A stretch of DNA of 64,000 nt, from NCBI GenBank assembly GCA_951406725.2, contig OX597842.1, positions 6,820,001 through 6,884,000 on the forward strand, read 5' to 3'. Below are positions 40,180 through 52,269 of this stretch, piece by piece. This DNA is from Octopus vulgaris (lineage: Eukaryota). Each line of letters begins with the position of its first letter. Positions within the stretch are counted from its first letter, which is position 1. The notes beneath the pieces were generated by a model, which worked only from the letters and a program-made list of their open reading frames with translations, had not been told where the DNA came from and did no database searches. Position numbers and translations under genes: made by a program.

Positions 40180-40483
40180 GTCACCATGACCGACCAGTCT
40201 ATCAGATGTTGCTACACATCGCTGGTCACAATGCGCTTCCCATTGTTTTAGCCTTCAAATGACGCCACCTCACTGGCTAAGTGGGCAGGCCAACAGAGGA
40301 AATAGTGAGAGAAAGTTGTGGCGAAAGAGTACATCAGGGATCGCCACCACCCCCTGCCGGAGCCTCATGGAGCTTTAGGTGTTTTCTCTCAATAAACACT
40401 CACAACGCCCGGTCTGGGAATCGAAACCGCGATCCTACGACCGCGAGTCCGCTGCCCTAACGACCGAGCCATTGCACCTCCAC
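40180..40483 (-). mobile_element. SINE family C
   Basis: Matches 15825-16140. Confidence 0.85.
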
Positions 40484-40544
40484 ATATACATATATACACA
40501 TATATATATATATATACATACATATATCTTATATATATACATAT

Positions 40545-40599
<55 letters not shown>

Positions 40600-40652
40600 T
40601 ACACACACACAATATATATACATATACATACATACATAAATACATAAATAGA

Positions 40653-40698
<46 letters not shown>

Positions 40699-40746
40699 TG
40701 TTGTTAGTTCGCTTGAGGCATTGTAATATCGAAGCCAGGGAGACAG

Positions 40747-41180
40747 GGAAAATGGTAAAGCTTCTGAGAATGCAGAAAGTTTAACAAGACCTTTCTATTT
40801 CCGGCACAAAGACCCATCCCCAGAAAATAAAAACAGTCTGGGAAATATCCGGTAATACTTTTTCCATTAACCCATTCAAATCCCTCAGCGTCATGTTATC
40901 AGCAACAGTCACTCCCCAAATGTTAGTCTAATTAACTTCCCAAGTGTTGGTGTAAACAAACTTCCAACTGTTGCTGCGGGCAACCCATCATCCACTGGAT
41001 GATGTGGGGAGTGGAGTGACTGCTGTTGATAACATAACGCTAAGGAATTTCAGTGGGTTAATGGAACCTGTATAACCAGACATTTCCCATAACGTTTTCA
41101 TTGTAAGGATAGGCCTTTGTACCTGAAATATAAAGGTTTTGTTAAACTTTCTGGATTGTTAGAAGCTTTCCTATTTCCCA
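40747..41180. mobile_element. Old foldback element with ~175-bp diverged inverted arms
   Basis: aaagcttct...gaaagtttaacaa...gtcactcccca is mirrored by tggggag..gtgactg...ttgttaaactttc...agaagcttt. Flanked by (TA)n. Confidence 0.7.
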
Positions 41181-41282
41181 TTTTCCTTTCTTATATATAT
41201 ATATATATTTATGTTTATGCGTGTGTGTGTGTGTGTGTTTATCTCTCTTTTTATCTCAATCTCTCTCTCCCTCTCTTTAAAA

Positions 41283-41322
<40 letters not shown>

Positions 41323-41954
41323 AAAACTTATATATAAAGAACGTGAAATTCACGAATTGACAGACACGGAAAAACGGACAGTAATTCAGAGCCTTCATTC
41401 TTCAGTCAGAAACCGATTCATCATGGCAAATTTCGGCTGTTTAATTCTGAGATTTGCTCCGAAAGGGCCAGCCCCAAGGAAAAGCTAAGCTATGGGCATT
41501 AGATTTGCATGGTAGAAGGAAAGAATGTGACAACAGAGACGAACAGGAAAACAAGAGACGAAGATAAAATTTACAGTAACGAATAAAAACAGGAATGATA
41601 CGGGGGGGCGTCATACGACTTTGAGACAAAATGAGACAAAACAATTGATCAGCAGCGTAGGAAACGGTTACCTTTTCGGTAGAGAAGACGGCAGTGGAAT
41701 GGCTTAGCAGTAGTAGGTTTGCAAGAAGGTGAGAGAGAAAGAGAGAGGGGGATTGAGGAGGGCCGAGAAATGACCAAGAGAGAGAGAGAGAAAGAAAGAA
41801 TTAAAGAGGGTGAGAGGAAGGGGCGCCAAAATCACTTGGTAAAGAAGCGCCAAAATTCCTTGAGAAAGAAGCAATGGCGGATGATGTAAGGGGAGTTTAA
41901 AGTTGAAGACATCGTGCAATAGTGGAGATATGGCAAACATAAATGGATTGGTGC

Positions 41955-42713
41955 ATGTGATGGGTAAATTGTTGCCATTTTATATTTTTAATTTTGTGCA
42001 TGTGCATTATTGTTTTTGATTTTGTCAACACAGTATAGTAGGGTCAGTTGGGCACCATCTGTGAGAAAAAACAGCCCCGACACAATTCACTTTGCCAGAA
42101 ATTTGGAAACAACATGCTACACTGTTTGGCATTTGTGTTGGAAGCTCCAATACAGACATTTCAGAGTGTTTGGGTGTCAATCTGAGGATAGTGCAATCTG
42201 AGGACATGTACCGAGAGTGATAAAAATCAAGCATCCAGTCAACATCATGGTATTTGGAGTGATGGTGACGTTATGCCTCCATTCATCTTCCCACATGGCC
42301 TCAGACTCAACACAGAGGCCTACATCAAGTGCCTGGAAGAAGTAGTGCTTCCCTGAGTCAAGAGGGTGGCTGCTGGGAGACCCTATGTCTGGCAACAGGA
42401 TTCTGCACCATGCCACACAAGGAACAGAACCCAGTCATTTCAGGCAATTTCTGCGACCACATCACCCCTAACATCTGGCAACCTACCTTCCCAGACTGCA
42501 ACCCCCTTAATTATTATGTGTAAGGTGCAATTGAATGAGAGACTAACAAAACTCCTTGTAACACCAAAGATGAACTGAAGGCAAAGATTATGGCAGCATT
42601 CATCAACTTGAACAAGGAGACCATCCAGAAGAGTTGCAGGAGATTCTGAAGGCCATGGTTGAAGCCAATGGCGATTTTATTGAATAAATTTGCTCTTTAG
42701 TATTTCAAGATAT
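41955..42713 (+). mobile_element. Decayed Tc1/mariner element, maT (DD37D)-like transposase
   Basis: KHPVNIMVFGV, YVWQQDSAPCH and PDCNPL(D/N)YYV. A 37-residue spacing is obtained by combining this copy with the 51-kb copy. Confidence 0.85.
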
Positions 42714-43505
42714 TTTCCTCCACCAAGAAAGGAGGTTATGTTTCCATTGGCATTGGTTTGTCCGTCTGTCCGTCTGTGTGTAAAATAACTCAAAAAGTCG
42801 TAAACGGTATTCAATGAAACTTGCAAGAAAAGTTGGTAATGACACAAGAAACAGATGATGAAATTTTGTAGTGGTCCGGGAATTTTTATGGTTTCTTAAA
42901 GGATTTTTCATTTGTTATATTTACTTTACATGAAGTATTACAATATTATGTTCTTTGATTATCTCCCTTGAAAACACATCGTTTCCACATAACCTATGGT
43001 GGCATTGCTGTTTAGAGACAGTGTTGATGATGACGATGGTTGAGATAAGTATGGGAGGAGGATAAAATAGTATCAGTGGTTATAATGGTGACAGGAGCGG
43101 TGTGATGTGTGATGCTGAGGTGGTAGGAGTAATAGTGGTGTTGATGATAGTGTTAGTTGTGTGATGGTGGTATTGCAGTGGTTATACTGGTTGTAGTGGT
43201 GAAAGTAACTGTCAAGGTAACCGTCATGATAACATTGATGGCAGTGTATGTGGTTGAAGTGGAAGCAATGACAATGCTGTTGATTATGTTGGTGGTTGTG
43301 AACTGTTTCAGATGATTCCTGGTTTTAAAGGGGTTTTTTTTTCCTTAAAATCATATGGCTGTGTTATTTTTTTTTACCCCTGCCAAGGAAGTTATGTTTT
43401 TTGCTGGTGTTGGTTTGGGAAATTGGGCGATTTTCAGCATGCGTGTATATGGGTGGAAATGAGCTGCTTGGCGGAGGTCTGCGCTCTCCGAGTGCTTTTC
43501 TAATT
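42714..43505 (+). mobile_element. Helentron-associated non-autonomous element (HINE/DINE-1-like)
   Basis: Subterminal inverted repeat cctcc(a)ccaag / cttggcggagg, GTCY microsatellite and 3' hairpin gcgctc-tcc-gagtgc. Inserted in a T-run. Confidence 0.75.
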
Positions 43506-43579
43506 TTATGTAATTTTGGTAAATATATTTGTTATAATGAGGTGTCAGTACAGGTGTGGCTGTGTAGTAAGAAGCTTGC

Positions 43580-44167
43580 CACTGAAGGTAGAAACTAGAT
43601 CCCTCCCATGCTGTGAAGGGGGAGTTTGTGGTCCTCTTCCATAAGGGAGGGACAATGGAAAACTTCAAGAAGATTAAAAGGAAGGGCTGAAGGGAGGGGA
43701 TCCTGTTCTGCATGGAGGACCCTGACTAGCCTTTGCAGGTGGCTGCAGAGGTCATATGGGAAATGGATCTGTGTAGGATAATGAACTCCTTCCCAGTGGA
43801 CACCTTTGATTTTGTACTGAAGCGGCCTGACTTGACATCATCCAGTTGTTTGACCAAAGCAAGAAGTCTAGTCAGGCAGGAATATTTTAATTAATTAAAG
43901 TAAGAGGCTTGGTGCCTCATTTGTATTGATTTATTGTTTTTTGACTTATGTAAGAGGTTTATTGCCTCCTTTATGTTTTGTTATGAAAGAGGTTTGTTGC
44001 CTCAATATGTATTTATAAAGAACAATGTGCTCGGGTAAACAGCAATCAGCGGGCATTGCTGTTGCCCTCATTATTATCATATCGTTAATCATTTCATCTC
44101 ATTATGTCCTTGTCTAGCCCGCAGCTTCCTTTCTTTGTAAGGCCCTTGTGGCCAATTGAATGAATAA
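43580..44167 (+). mobile_element. 588-bp insertion with 11-bp TSD, probable L1/Tx1-type 3' fragment, inside a SINE A head
   Basis: AAGAAGCTTGC at 43569-43579 and 44168-44178; the SINE resumes exactly afterwards. The insert ends ggcccttgtggcc...aataaa. Confidence 0.75.
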
Positions 44168-44399
44168 AAGAAGCTTGCTTCCCAACCACATGGTTCAAGG
44201 TTCAGTCCCACTGCATGGCACCTTGGGAAAGTGTCTTCTACTATAGCTTCAAGCTGACCAAAGCCATGTGAGTGGACAATAGTGGTTCATTGAGAAGGAA
44301 GGTTGTGGATATTTTCTGTATCAAAGAATGATAAGCTGAAAAAAAAGTTCTTTTCATATTCCACAGTAGGCGACCAGGGTTGTCGTGTGTGTGAATAAG

Positions 44400-44702
44400 A
44401 ATACAAGAATTACGGAATGGAATAGGTGAGATCTAAGCTAGATATGTTTCATAGTGAGCAGAACCTCAGAAGTGGTAAAAATCCAAGTGAGGTGTATATC
44501 GCCAGCTATTCTTCAGGTCAAGATTATCTTGATTGAATTAAAAGTTCCATTGTCACAAGGATGTTCATGTTGATGCACGGAAGATTCAATCAGGATGTCA
44601 TTCTGATATGCCTCACTTGGATTTTTACCATTTCTGAGGATCTGCCTGCTATGAAACATATGTAGCCTGGATATTACCTACTCCATTCCGTAACTCTTGT
44701 AT
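44400..44702. mobile_element. Foldback element with hammerhead-like core
   Basis: ~100-bp inverted arms. CTGAAGA-atag...ctat-GAAAC-atat-GTA. Confidence 0.7.
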
Positions 44703-44714
44703 GTATATATATAT

Positions 44715-44921
44715 ACTCTTTTACTCTTTTACTTGTTTCAGTCATTTGATTGTGGCCATGCTGGAGCACCACCTTTAGTTGAGCAAATCGAACCCAGGAC
44801 TTATTCTTTGTAAGCATAGTACTTATTCTATCAGTCTCTTTTGCCGAACCGCTAAGTTATGGGTATGTAAACACACCAGCATCAGTTGTCAAGCGATGTT
44901 GGGGGGACAAACACAAACACA

Positions 44922-44980
<59 letters not shown>

Positions 44981-45160
44981 ACAAACACACACACACATAT
45001 ATACATATATACGACTGGCTTCTTTCAGTTTCCGTCTACACCAAATCTACTCACAAGGCTTTGGTTGGCCCGAGGCTATAGTAGAAGGCACTTGCCCAAG
45101 GTGCCACGCAGTGGGACTGAACCCAGAACCATGTGGTTGGTAAGCAAGCTCCTTACCACA
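44715..45160 (-). mobile_element. SINE family A
   Basis: Matches family A. Confidence 0.9.
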
Positions 45161-45602
45161 CACATATATATATGTATGTATATATATATATTTATATATA
45201 TGTATTATGTATGTATGTATACACACACACATATATACACTCAACATACTTTTCTGTATTTTGTATATTCCATGTAAAAGAAAATTTATCTGTCAATATG
45301 TATGATTATCTATATACTTGTACCTGTGTTTGTCTTCTGAATACATTTAGTTATATGCATATATGTGTGCGTGTGTATCTATATGTGCATATGTACATAT
45401 GCATATTTATATTTATCAAGTCTAGTCGTGTTTATCTGCACCACTATCTCCATTATCAGCTCACCTGAATTTCTCTTATAGCCACTCTTTACTTTGTGGA
45501 ATTGGTCCTTGATAAAGACTTTGGAGTTTAAGCTCAAATCAATTGTACACTACTACATGTCTTCTATACTGATTATCTGTAGATCTCACTTGTTGTTTGT
45601 GC

Positions 45603-45659
<57 letters not shown>

Positions 45660-46209
45660 TACTAATTTTACATCCTTGTAAGTTGTTGTTTATACAGACG
45701 TCTATATTTGTACCATTTGGTTATATATATAGGGAGAATTCACAAAAAAACAAAAGACAAGGACAGGTGGTGTAGACAACAAACAGATGTATTAGTTTTC
45801 AATGTTTGGGAAGTGAAAAAGTCTTTAATGTTTCAAGCCTACGCTCTTTCTCAGAAAGGAAAACAGACAGAAACAAGGAGAGAAAAGAAAGAATATGTAG
45901 TGGCTAGCGAGCTATCATCTGTATAAATGTATGTATGTACACATATAAATATTCAAATTATGTTATAAATATATACATTTATGCATATATATATATATAT
46001 ATATGTACTCATAAATCTAAATGTACACACACACACACACACACACACAAATGCATGCGCATGCGTATGCACACACCCAGTGGAGAGAATTCTGTACCAT
46101 GAGGTCAACCAGCCAGCAAACACCCTACCGACCAGTTAACCAACCAACCAATTTACAATCTTCAGCAATATATATATATACATTTATATATATACATTTA
46201 TATATATAC

Positions 46210-46244
<35 letters not shown>

Positions 46245-46258
46245 CACATATATGTATG

Positions 46259-46344
<86 letters not shown>

Positions 46345-46799
46345 ATGGATGGATGGATAGATGGATAGACAGATAGATAGATAAATGGTTAAGATAGATA
46401 GAGTTAAAGAGAGAAGAGTGAGAGAGAAAAAGAGAGAGAGAAAGAAAACGAAAGTAAGATCAGAGAAACATATTTTCAGCCAATACCATAACAACAACAG
46501 CAGCAACATCGACAAGAATTAGCAAGGAGAAAGATGGACTCTTTCGCCTTGAAATTCTCTAATTTCTATCTATACCATTGACGTCAATAAAATGGCAGTG
46601 AAGGAGCAAGACATGTGGGGAGAGGCGATGGTGGTGATGGTGGTGGTGGTGGTGGTGATGCTGTGTGGGTAAATATCTGGTTTGTTGGCGTGGCTGGGCT
46701 CCAAGGAGTAAACAAGATGTTTGGCTTTTATTTTTGGCTAGAATTAAAGGTGGCAGAAAGGAAGAACTTTCTCACTAACAGATGGATTGCAATTTTGCA

Positions 46800-47515
46800 T
46801 TATTGTTGTTGCTGGTTCTAAGTGTAGTGGTGGTGGTGGTGGTGGTGGTGGAATTTGCGGTGGCTGTAGTTGTGGTAGTGTTGGAGGTGGTGTTTGTGGT
46901 TGTTGTTGTTGTGGTGGTGGTGGTGGTGGTGGTTGTGGTGGTGATGATGATGGTCGTAGTTGTGGCAGTGGTGGTTGTAGTTCTGGTGGTGTTGGAGGCA
47001 CTGATGGTTGTAGTAATGGTTGTAGTTGTGGTGGTTGTCATGGTGGTGATTATTGTGATGATGGTGGCCATAGCTGTGGTGATAGTTTCGGTGGTGATGG
47101 GTGTAGTGATGGTTGTAGTTGTGATGGCAGAAGTGGTGGTATTGAAGGAGGTGTTGGAGGTGGCGTTGGGCGTGGTGATAGTCATGGTGATAGTAGTCAT
47201 AGTAACTGTGGTGGAGTTGGAGGTTGTGGTGGGCGTGGCGGTCACGGTCATGTTAGTAGTAGTATATGGTGGTGGCTCTGGTAATAGTGGTAGTACTGCT
47301 GGTTGTAATGGTGGTTGTGATAGTGGTGGTAGTTGTGATGGTTGTAGTTGTCACAGTGGTGATTGTGATTGTAATTGTGGTGGTGTTGGTTGTGGTGGTG
47401 GTAGTGGTGGTTGTAATGATGGTGGTTGTTATGATGGTGGTGATAGTTGTGGTGGTTTTCACTGTGGTGGTTGTAGTGGTGGTGATGGTGGTGGTGGTGG
47501 TGGCAGCCGCGGTTG
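46800..47515. repeat. Degenerate (GGT/GAT/GTT)n trinucleotide tract
   Basis: Read directly. A similar tract is at ~43020-43300. Confidence 0.9.
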
Positions 47516-47516
47516 T

Positions 47517-47918
47517 GGACTGTGACCATGCTGGAGCACCGCGTTTAGTCGAGCAAATCGACCCCAAGACTTATTCTTTGCAAGCCTAGTACTTATTCTA
47601 TCAGTCTCTCTTGCCGAACCACTAAGTGATGGGGACATAAACACACTAGCATCGGTTGTCAAGCGATGTTGGGGGGGACAAACACAGACACACAAACACA
47701 TACATACACATACACACACACATATATATATACATACATATATATATATATATGTGATGGGCTTCTTTCAGTTTCTGTCTACCAAATCCACTCACAAGGC
47801 TTTGGTTGGCCCGAGGTTATAGTAGAAGACACTTGCCCAAGTTGCCACGCAGTGGGACTGAACCTGGAACCATGTGGTTGGGTAGCAAGCTACTTACCAC
47901 ACAGCCACTCCTGCACCT
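47517..47918 (-). mobile_element. SINE family A
   Basis: Matches family A. Confidence 0.9.
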
Positions 47919-47931
47919 ATGAAATATTGGC

Positions 47932-48003
47932 CTCCCCGGTGGGGAATCGAACCCTGGTCTCCTGCATGACAGGTGGGGATACTTATCACTATACTACCGA
48001 GGA
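47932..48003 (-). tRNA. tRNA-Asp(GTC), probably a pseudogene
   Basis: TCCTCGGTAGTATAGTGATAAGTATCCCCACCTGTCATGCAGGAGACCAGGGTTCGATTCCCCACCGGGGAG, 72 nt. Transition changes, mostly at CpGs, weaken the stems, and the D-loop GG is now GA. Confidence 0.9.
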
Positions 48004-48104
48004 CTGATGATATTTTTTTAAAAGTATTCTTGTGTTTCAAACAGCAAAAATTATAATACTGAAAAATAACTACAACTGGTACTACACGTCTAGTAACTTG
48101 GATT

Positions 48105-48557
48105 TCGGCGAGCTGGCAGAATCGTTAGTACGCTGGGCGAAATGCTTAGCAGTATTTCATCTGCCGTTACGTACTGAGTTCAAATTCCGCTGAGGTTGAC
48201 TTTGCCTTTCATCTTTTCGGTGTCAATAAATCAAGTACCAGTTATGCACTGGAGTCGATGTAATCGACTTAACCGCTTTGTCTGTCCTTGTTTGTCCACT
48301 CTATGTTTAGCCCCTTGTGGGCAATATAGAAATAAGAAATGTCAGCACACTGGGCGAAATGCTCAGCGGTATTTCATCTATCATTACGTTCTGAGTTCAA
48401 ATTCCGCTGAGGTTGACTTTGCCTTTCATCTTTTCGGGGTCGATAAATTAAGTACCAGTTATGCACTGGGGTCGAATGTAATTCGACTTAATACCTTTGT
48501 CTGTCCTTGTTTGTTCCTCTCTGTGTTTAGCCCCTTGTGGGCAATATAGAAATAAGA
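48105..48557 (+). mobile_element. Tandem dimer of SINE family B
   Basis: Two consecutive units, each ending gccccttgtgggcaatatagaaataagaaa. Confidence 0.88.
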
Positions 48558-48919
48558 AACTTGAATTTCATGTTCCTGATCATCAGACCAGCCATGGAGA
48601 TTATCTCCCCTTCTCATTCAGAGTTGGTTGCATTTACTACAAATCAGAGATTTCGAAATTTCAGTTTTCTGTTTGCATTTCCCCCAGCCAACATTTCAGT
48701 AACTTTTTCATTTTCTATGAGGTATGGAATACCTAAACTGAGACTTGATAAAAATTATGTTTTTAAATGAATAAAAGTTGGGATAGTCACAGCTGGAACG
48801 TCTTTGAACATAGGTCAGCTGGATCATTACTGACTTGGGGGTAATCAACAACTATAGCTACTAAAACTAACTAATACTATACATTAGACCATATAGACTT
48901 GGATACAATATGTATACTG

Positions 48920-49176
48920 TTTTACTCTTTTACTTGTTTCAGTCATTTGCTGTGGCCACGATGGAGCACCACTTTTAATCAAGCAAATTGACTCCAGGAC
49001 TTATTCTTTGTAGGCCTACTACTTATTCTATCAGTCTCTTTTACCTAACCACTAAGTTACGGGGATGTAACCAGCATCAGTTGTCAAGCAATGTTGAGGG
49101 AAGAAACACAGACACACAAACACATACACAGATATACATACACACACACACACACACACATACACACACAAACACT

Positions 49177-49226
<50 letters not shown>

Positions 49227-49407
49227 TACAATGAGCATATATACGATGGGCTTCTTTCAGTTTCTGTCTACCAAATCCACTCACAAGGCTTTCGTCAGCC
49301 CGAGGCTACAGTAGAAGACACTTGCCCAAGGTGCCACACAGTGGGACTGAACCCGGAATCATGTGGTTGGTAAGCAAGCTACTTACCACACAGCCACTCC
49401 TGTGCCT
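48920..49407 (-). mobile_element. SINE family A
   Basis: Matches family A. Confidence 0.88.
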
Positions 49408-50092
49408 AAATATCTGAATAAAAGTTGAAATGGTCAGAGATGGAACATCTTTGATCATAGATCTGCTGGGTGAGGACTGACCTGAGGTTAAACAACAACA
49501 ACAACAACAACTATACCCACTAATATTAGCTATATACAATGTATATACTATACATTGGAAAATGTAGTTCTAGATACACTGTGCCTGAATAAAAACTGCT
49601 ATAGTTGCAACTAGAACATTTTCAACGAAGGGTTTGTCTGGATCAGGACTGACCTGGGGCTAAATAACAATAGCTGCAACAATACTACCAAGATCATTAT
49701 CATCATCGTTATCATCATCATCAACAAGAACAACAGAAACAATAACATCGTTATTAACAACAACAGCAGCCACAACAGCAATAATAACAAAGCAAACTTC
49801 ACTGAATCTGTGCCAGAATGTCTGTAGAAAAAGCATGAAACAACAGCATCAGTTCCTTCGTCCTTCTCGTGCCAAAATTTTAAAGAATGGTTTGTAAAAA
49901 TTCTCTGTGTTCAATGGAAGCAACGCATTGTACAATATCTGTTGCCACGGACACACCCGGCAACAGTGTCTGCTTTGTGGAATGTTGGTCTAATTATGCA
50001 TATGGCTATATATATTTAAGAGTAAACATGTTCATATTTGCATGCATGTGTGTGTGTGTGTGTGTGTGTATGTGTGTGTGTGTGTGCATGTA

Positions 50093-50139
<47 letters not shown>

Positions 50140-50162
50140 TTTATGCATACACACACATTCAG

Positions 50163-50211
<49 letters not shown>

Positions 50212-50490
50212 CGCATGTACAGAAACATGTACACATGTGCATATGTTTGTATGTATATATGAATGTGCATGTATGTGAGTACATGTATATGTATGCTAAC
50301 CACTTAATAGTAGGCGTGGCAGTGTAGTAAGAAGTTTGTTTCCCAACCACAAAGTTCCATGTTCAGACCCATTGCTAGGCACCTTGGGCAAGTCTCTTCT
50401 ACCATAGCCTTGGGCCAACCAAAGCTTTGTGAGTGGAGTTGGTAAACTGAAAGAAGCCTGTCATATATGCATGTACATATATATATATAT

Positions 50491-50535
<45 letters not shown>

Positions 50536-50902
50536 GTAAATGTATATATAATAACATAATATATAAAACATATGCATATATACATATATGTACATACCTA
50601 CATCTATATGTATGTATACATGCATATATGGGTACATGACACCAAAAAAATGTTGAACACAATGAGAAATGAAAACATAAAAACAACAACATGGAAACAA
50701 ACTTTTTTTTCAAACAACGAAAAAACAGAGTACAAGACATACAACACAAGGAATATTCCCCTTCTTCAGCTGGCCCTGCTTCGACTACTCCGTGTTTCGA
50801 AGGTGTAAATATATATATATATATATATATATATAATACACACATACATGCTCACATACACACACTCACACACACACACGCGTGCGTAAACACTCACACA
50901 CA

Positions 50903-51424
50903 CAGAGGGTGCGATGGGTAAATTGTCACCTTTTTATACTTTTAATTTTGAACATGCATATAGTTTGTTTTTGATTTTGCCCATTACATAGTATTGTAAG
51001 GTCAGTTGGGCACCATCTGTGAGAAAAACAGCACCCTGACACAATTCACTCTGCCAAAAATTTGGAAATAACATGCTGCACTGTTTGGCATTTGTGCCGG
51101 AAGCTCCAATATGGACATTTCAGAGTGTTTGGGTGTCAATCTGAGGACAGTACAATCTGAGGACATGTGCCGAGAGTGATAAAAATCAAACATCCAGTCA
51201 ATATCATGGTGTTTGAAGTGATCACTAGTGATGGTGATGTTATGCCTCCATTCATCTTCCCACATGGCATCAGACTCAACACAGAGGCCTACATCAAGTG
51301 CCTGGAAGAAGTAGTGCTTCCCAGGGTCAAGAGGGTGGCTGCTGGGAGACCCTATGTCTGGCAACAGGATTCTGCACCATGCCACACAAGCAGGAGAACC
51401 CAGTCATGGCTGTCAGACAATTCC
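50903..51424 (+). mobile_element. maT-like Tc1/mariner fragment, 3'-truncated
   Basis: Same family as 41955-42713. PFIFPHG.RLNTEAYIKCLEEVVLP...WQQDSAPCHTSRRTQSWLSDN. Confidence 0.88.
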
Positions 51425-51760
51425 TTCAGCCCAGTTACAACACACTATACTGCAGTTGATACCATGAGAGAAACTCTCATATTAGGTTTTGGAGCAAAAT
51501 GCCCTCTTGCTTATAAGTTTATATCCATATTGCTAGCATGGAGATAAAAATGTGTCTTTATTCATAAATTTATTTTCTAAGAACTTTTTCTGTAAAACGT
51601 ATTTTGAAATAAGAGTTATATTTTCCCTTTAATAAAGAAAGTCATATTTTCAGTAATGCTAACTTAATAAGTGAACAAAATGATGGTGCTAAAAAATGGA
51701 AATATTAATCTAAAATAACAATCTTTATATGATAATATAGCATTTACTTTGTTTTGGTTA

Positions 51761-52269
51761 CCGTAAATCTTTGAGTATAGTTCGCCCTTGAGTATAATAC
51801 GCAGGAGATTTTTAGGGGGCTGTAATTCTGAAAAACCTAAACCTTGTGTATAATACGCACCTCTTCTCTAACTTGAGTCGTGCATAATTAAGCCAGCAGT
51901 ACCTAGTCAAACAAACACTTCCGCGCATGCGTAATACAATAATGGTGATGTTCTTAACTGTTATATGGGAATGTAAATATGTTTGTTACATGTTATTCTG
52001 TGTTCTGAATACTTTTATTTTAATAAATGTTGTTTACTGCAAGTTATGGATGATTCTTTTATGATTTAATTTCTTTCAGGCTTAGCTTAAGGTATTTTCA
52101 CGCCTGACATCACAAAATGCGTCTGAATAAACATTGCCAGACAGCAAATAGAGACTCAGACATTGCTTAGAAAATAATTTTCATCTTTAACCTCATGTAT
52201 AATACATACTAGGGATTTTGACCTTTAAATTTTGAGAAAAAAATGCAGATTATACTCGAGGATTTACGG
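51761..52269. mobile_element. pogo/Tc2-like MITE (copy 1)
   Basis: TIR CCGTAAATC(C/T)T(C/T)GAGTATA with TA TSD. Confidence 0.85.

Noticed and set aside
46775-47589. Long Val-rich, Gly/Cys-rich and Thr-rich ORFs resembling mucin or structural proteins
   Set aside because: A degenerate trinucleotide tract is open in several frames on both strands. It runs into a SINE and has no splice or signal-peptide support.
47928-47931. Possible encoded CCA tail on the tRNA-Asp copy (retrocopy evidence)
   Set aside because: An extra G lies between the discriminator base and CCA, so it is not diagnostic.
50755-50805. Possible permuted (type II) hammerhead on the minus strand
   Set aside because: Core words are present but stem I does not pair convincingly in this copy.
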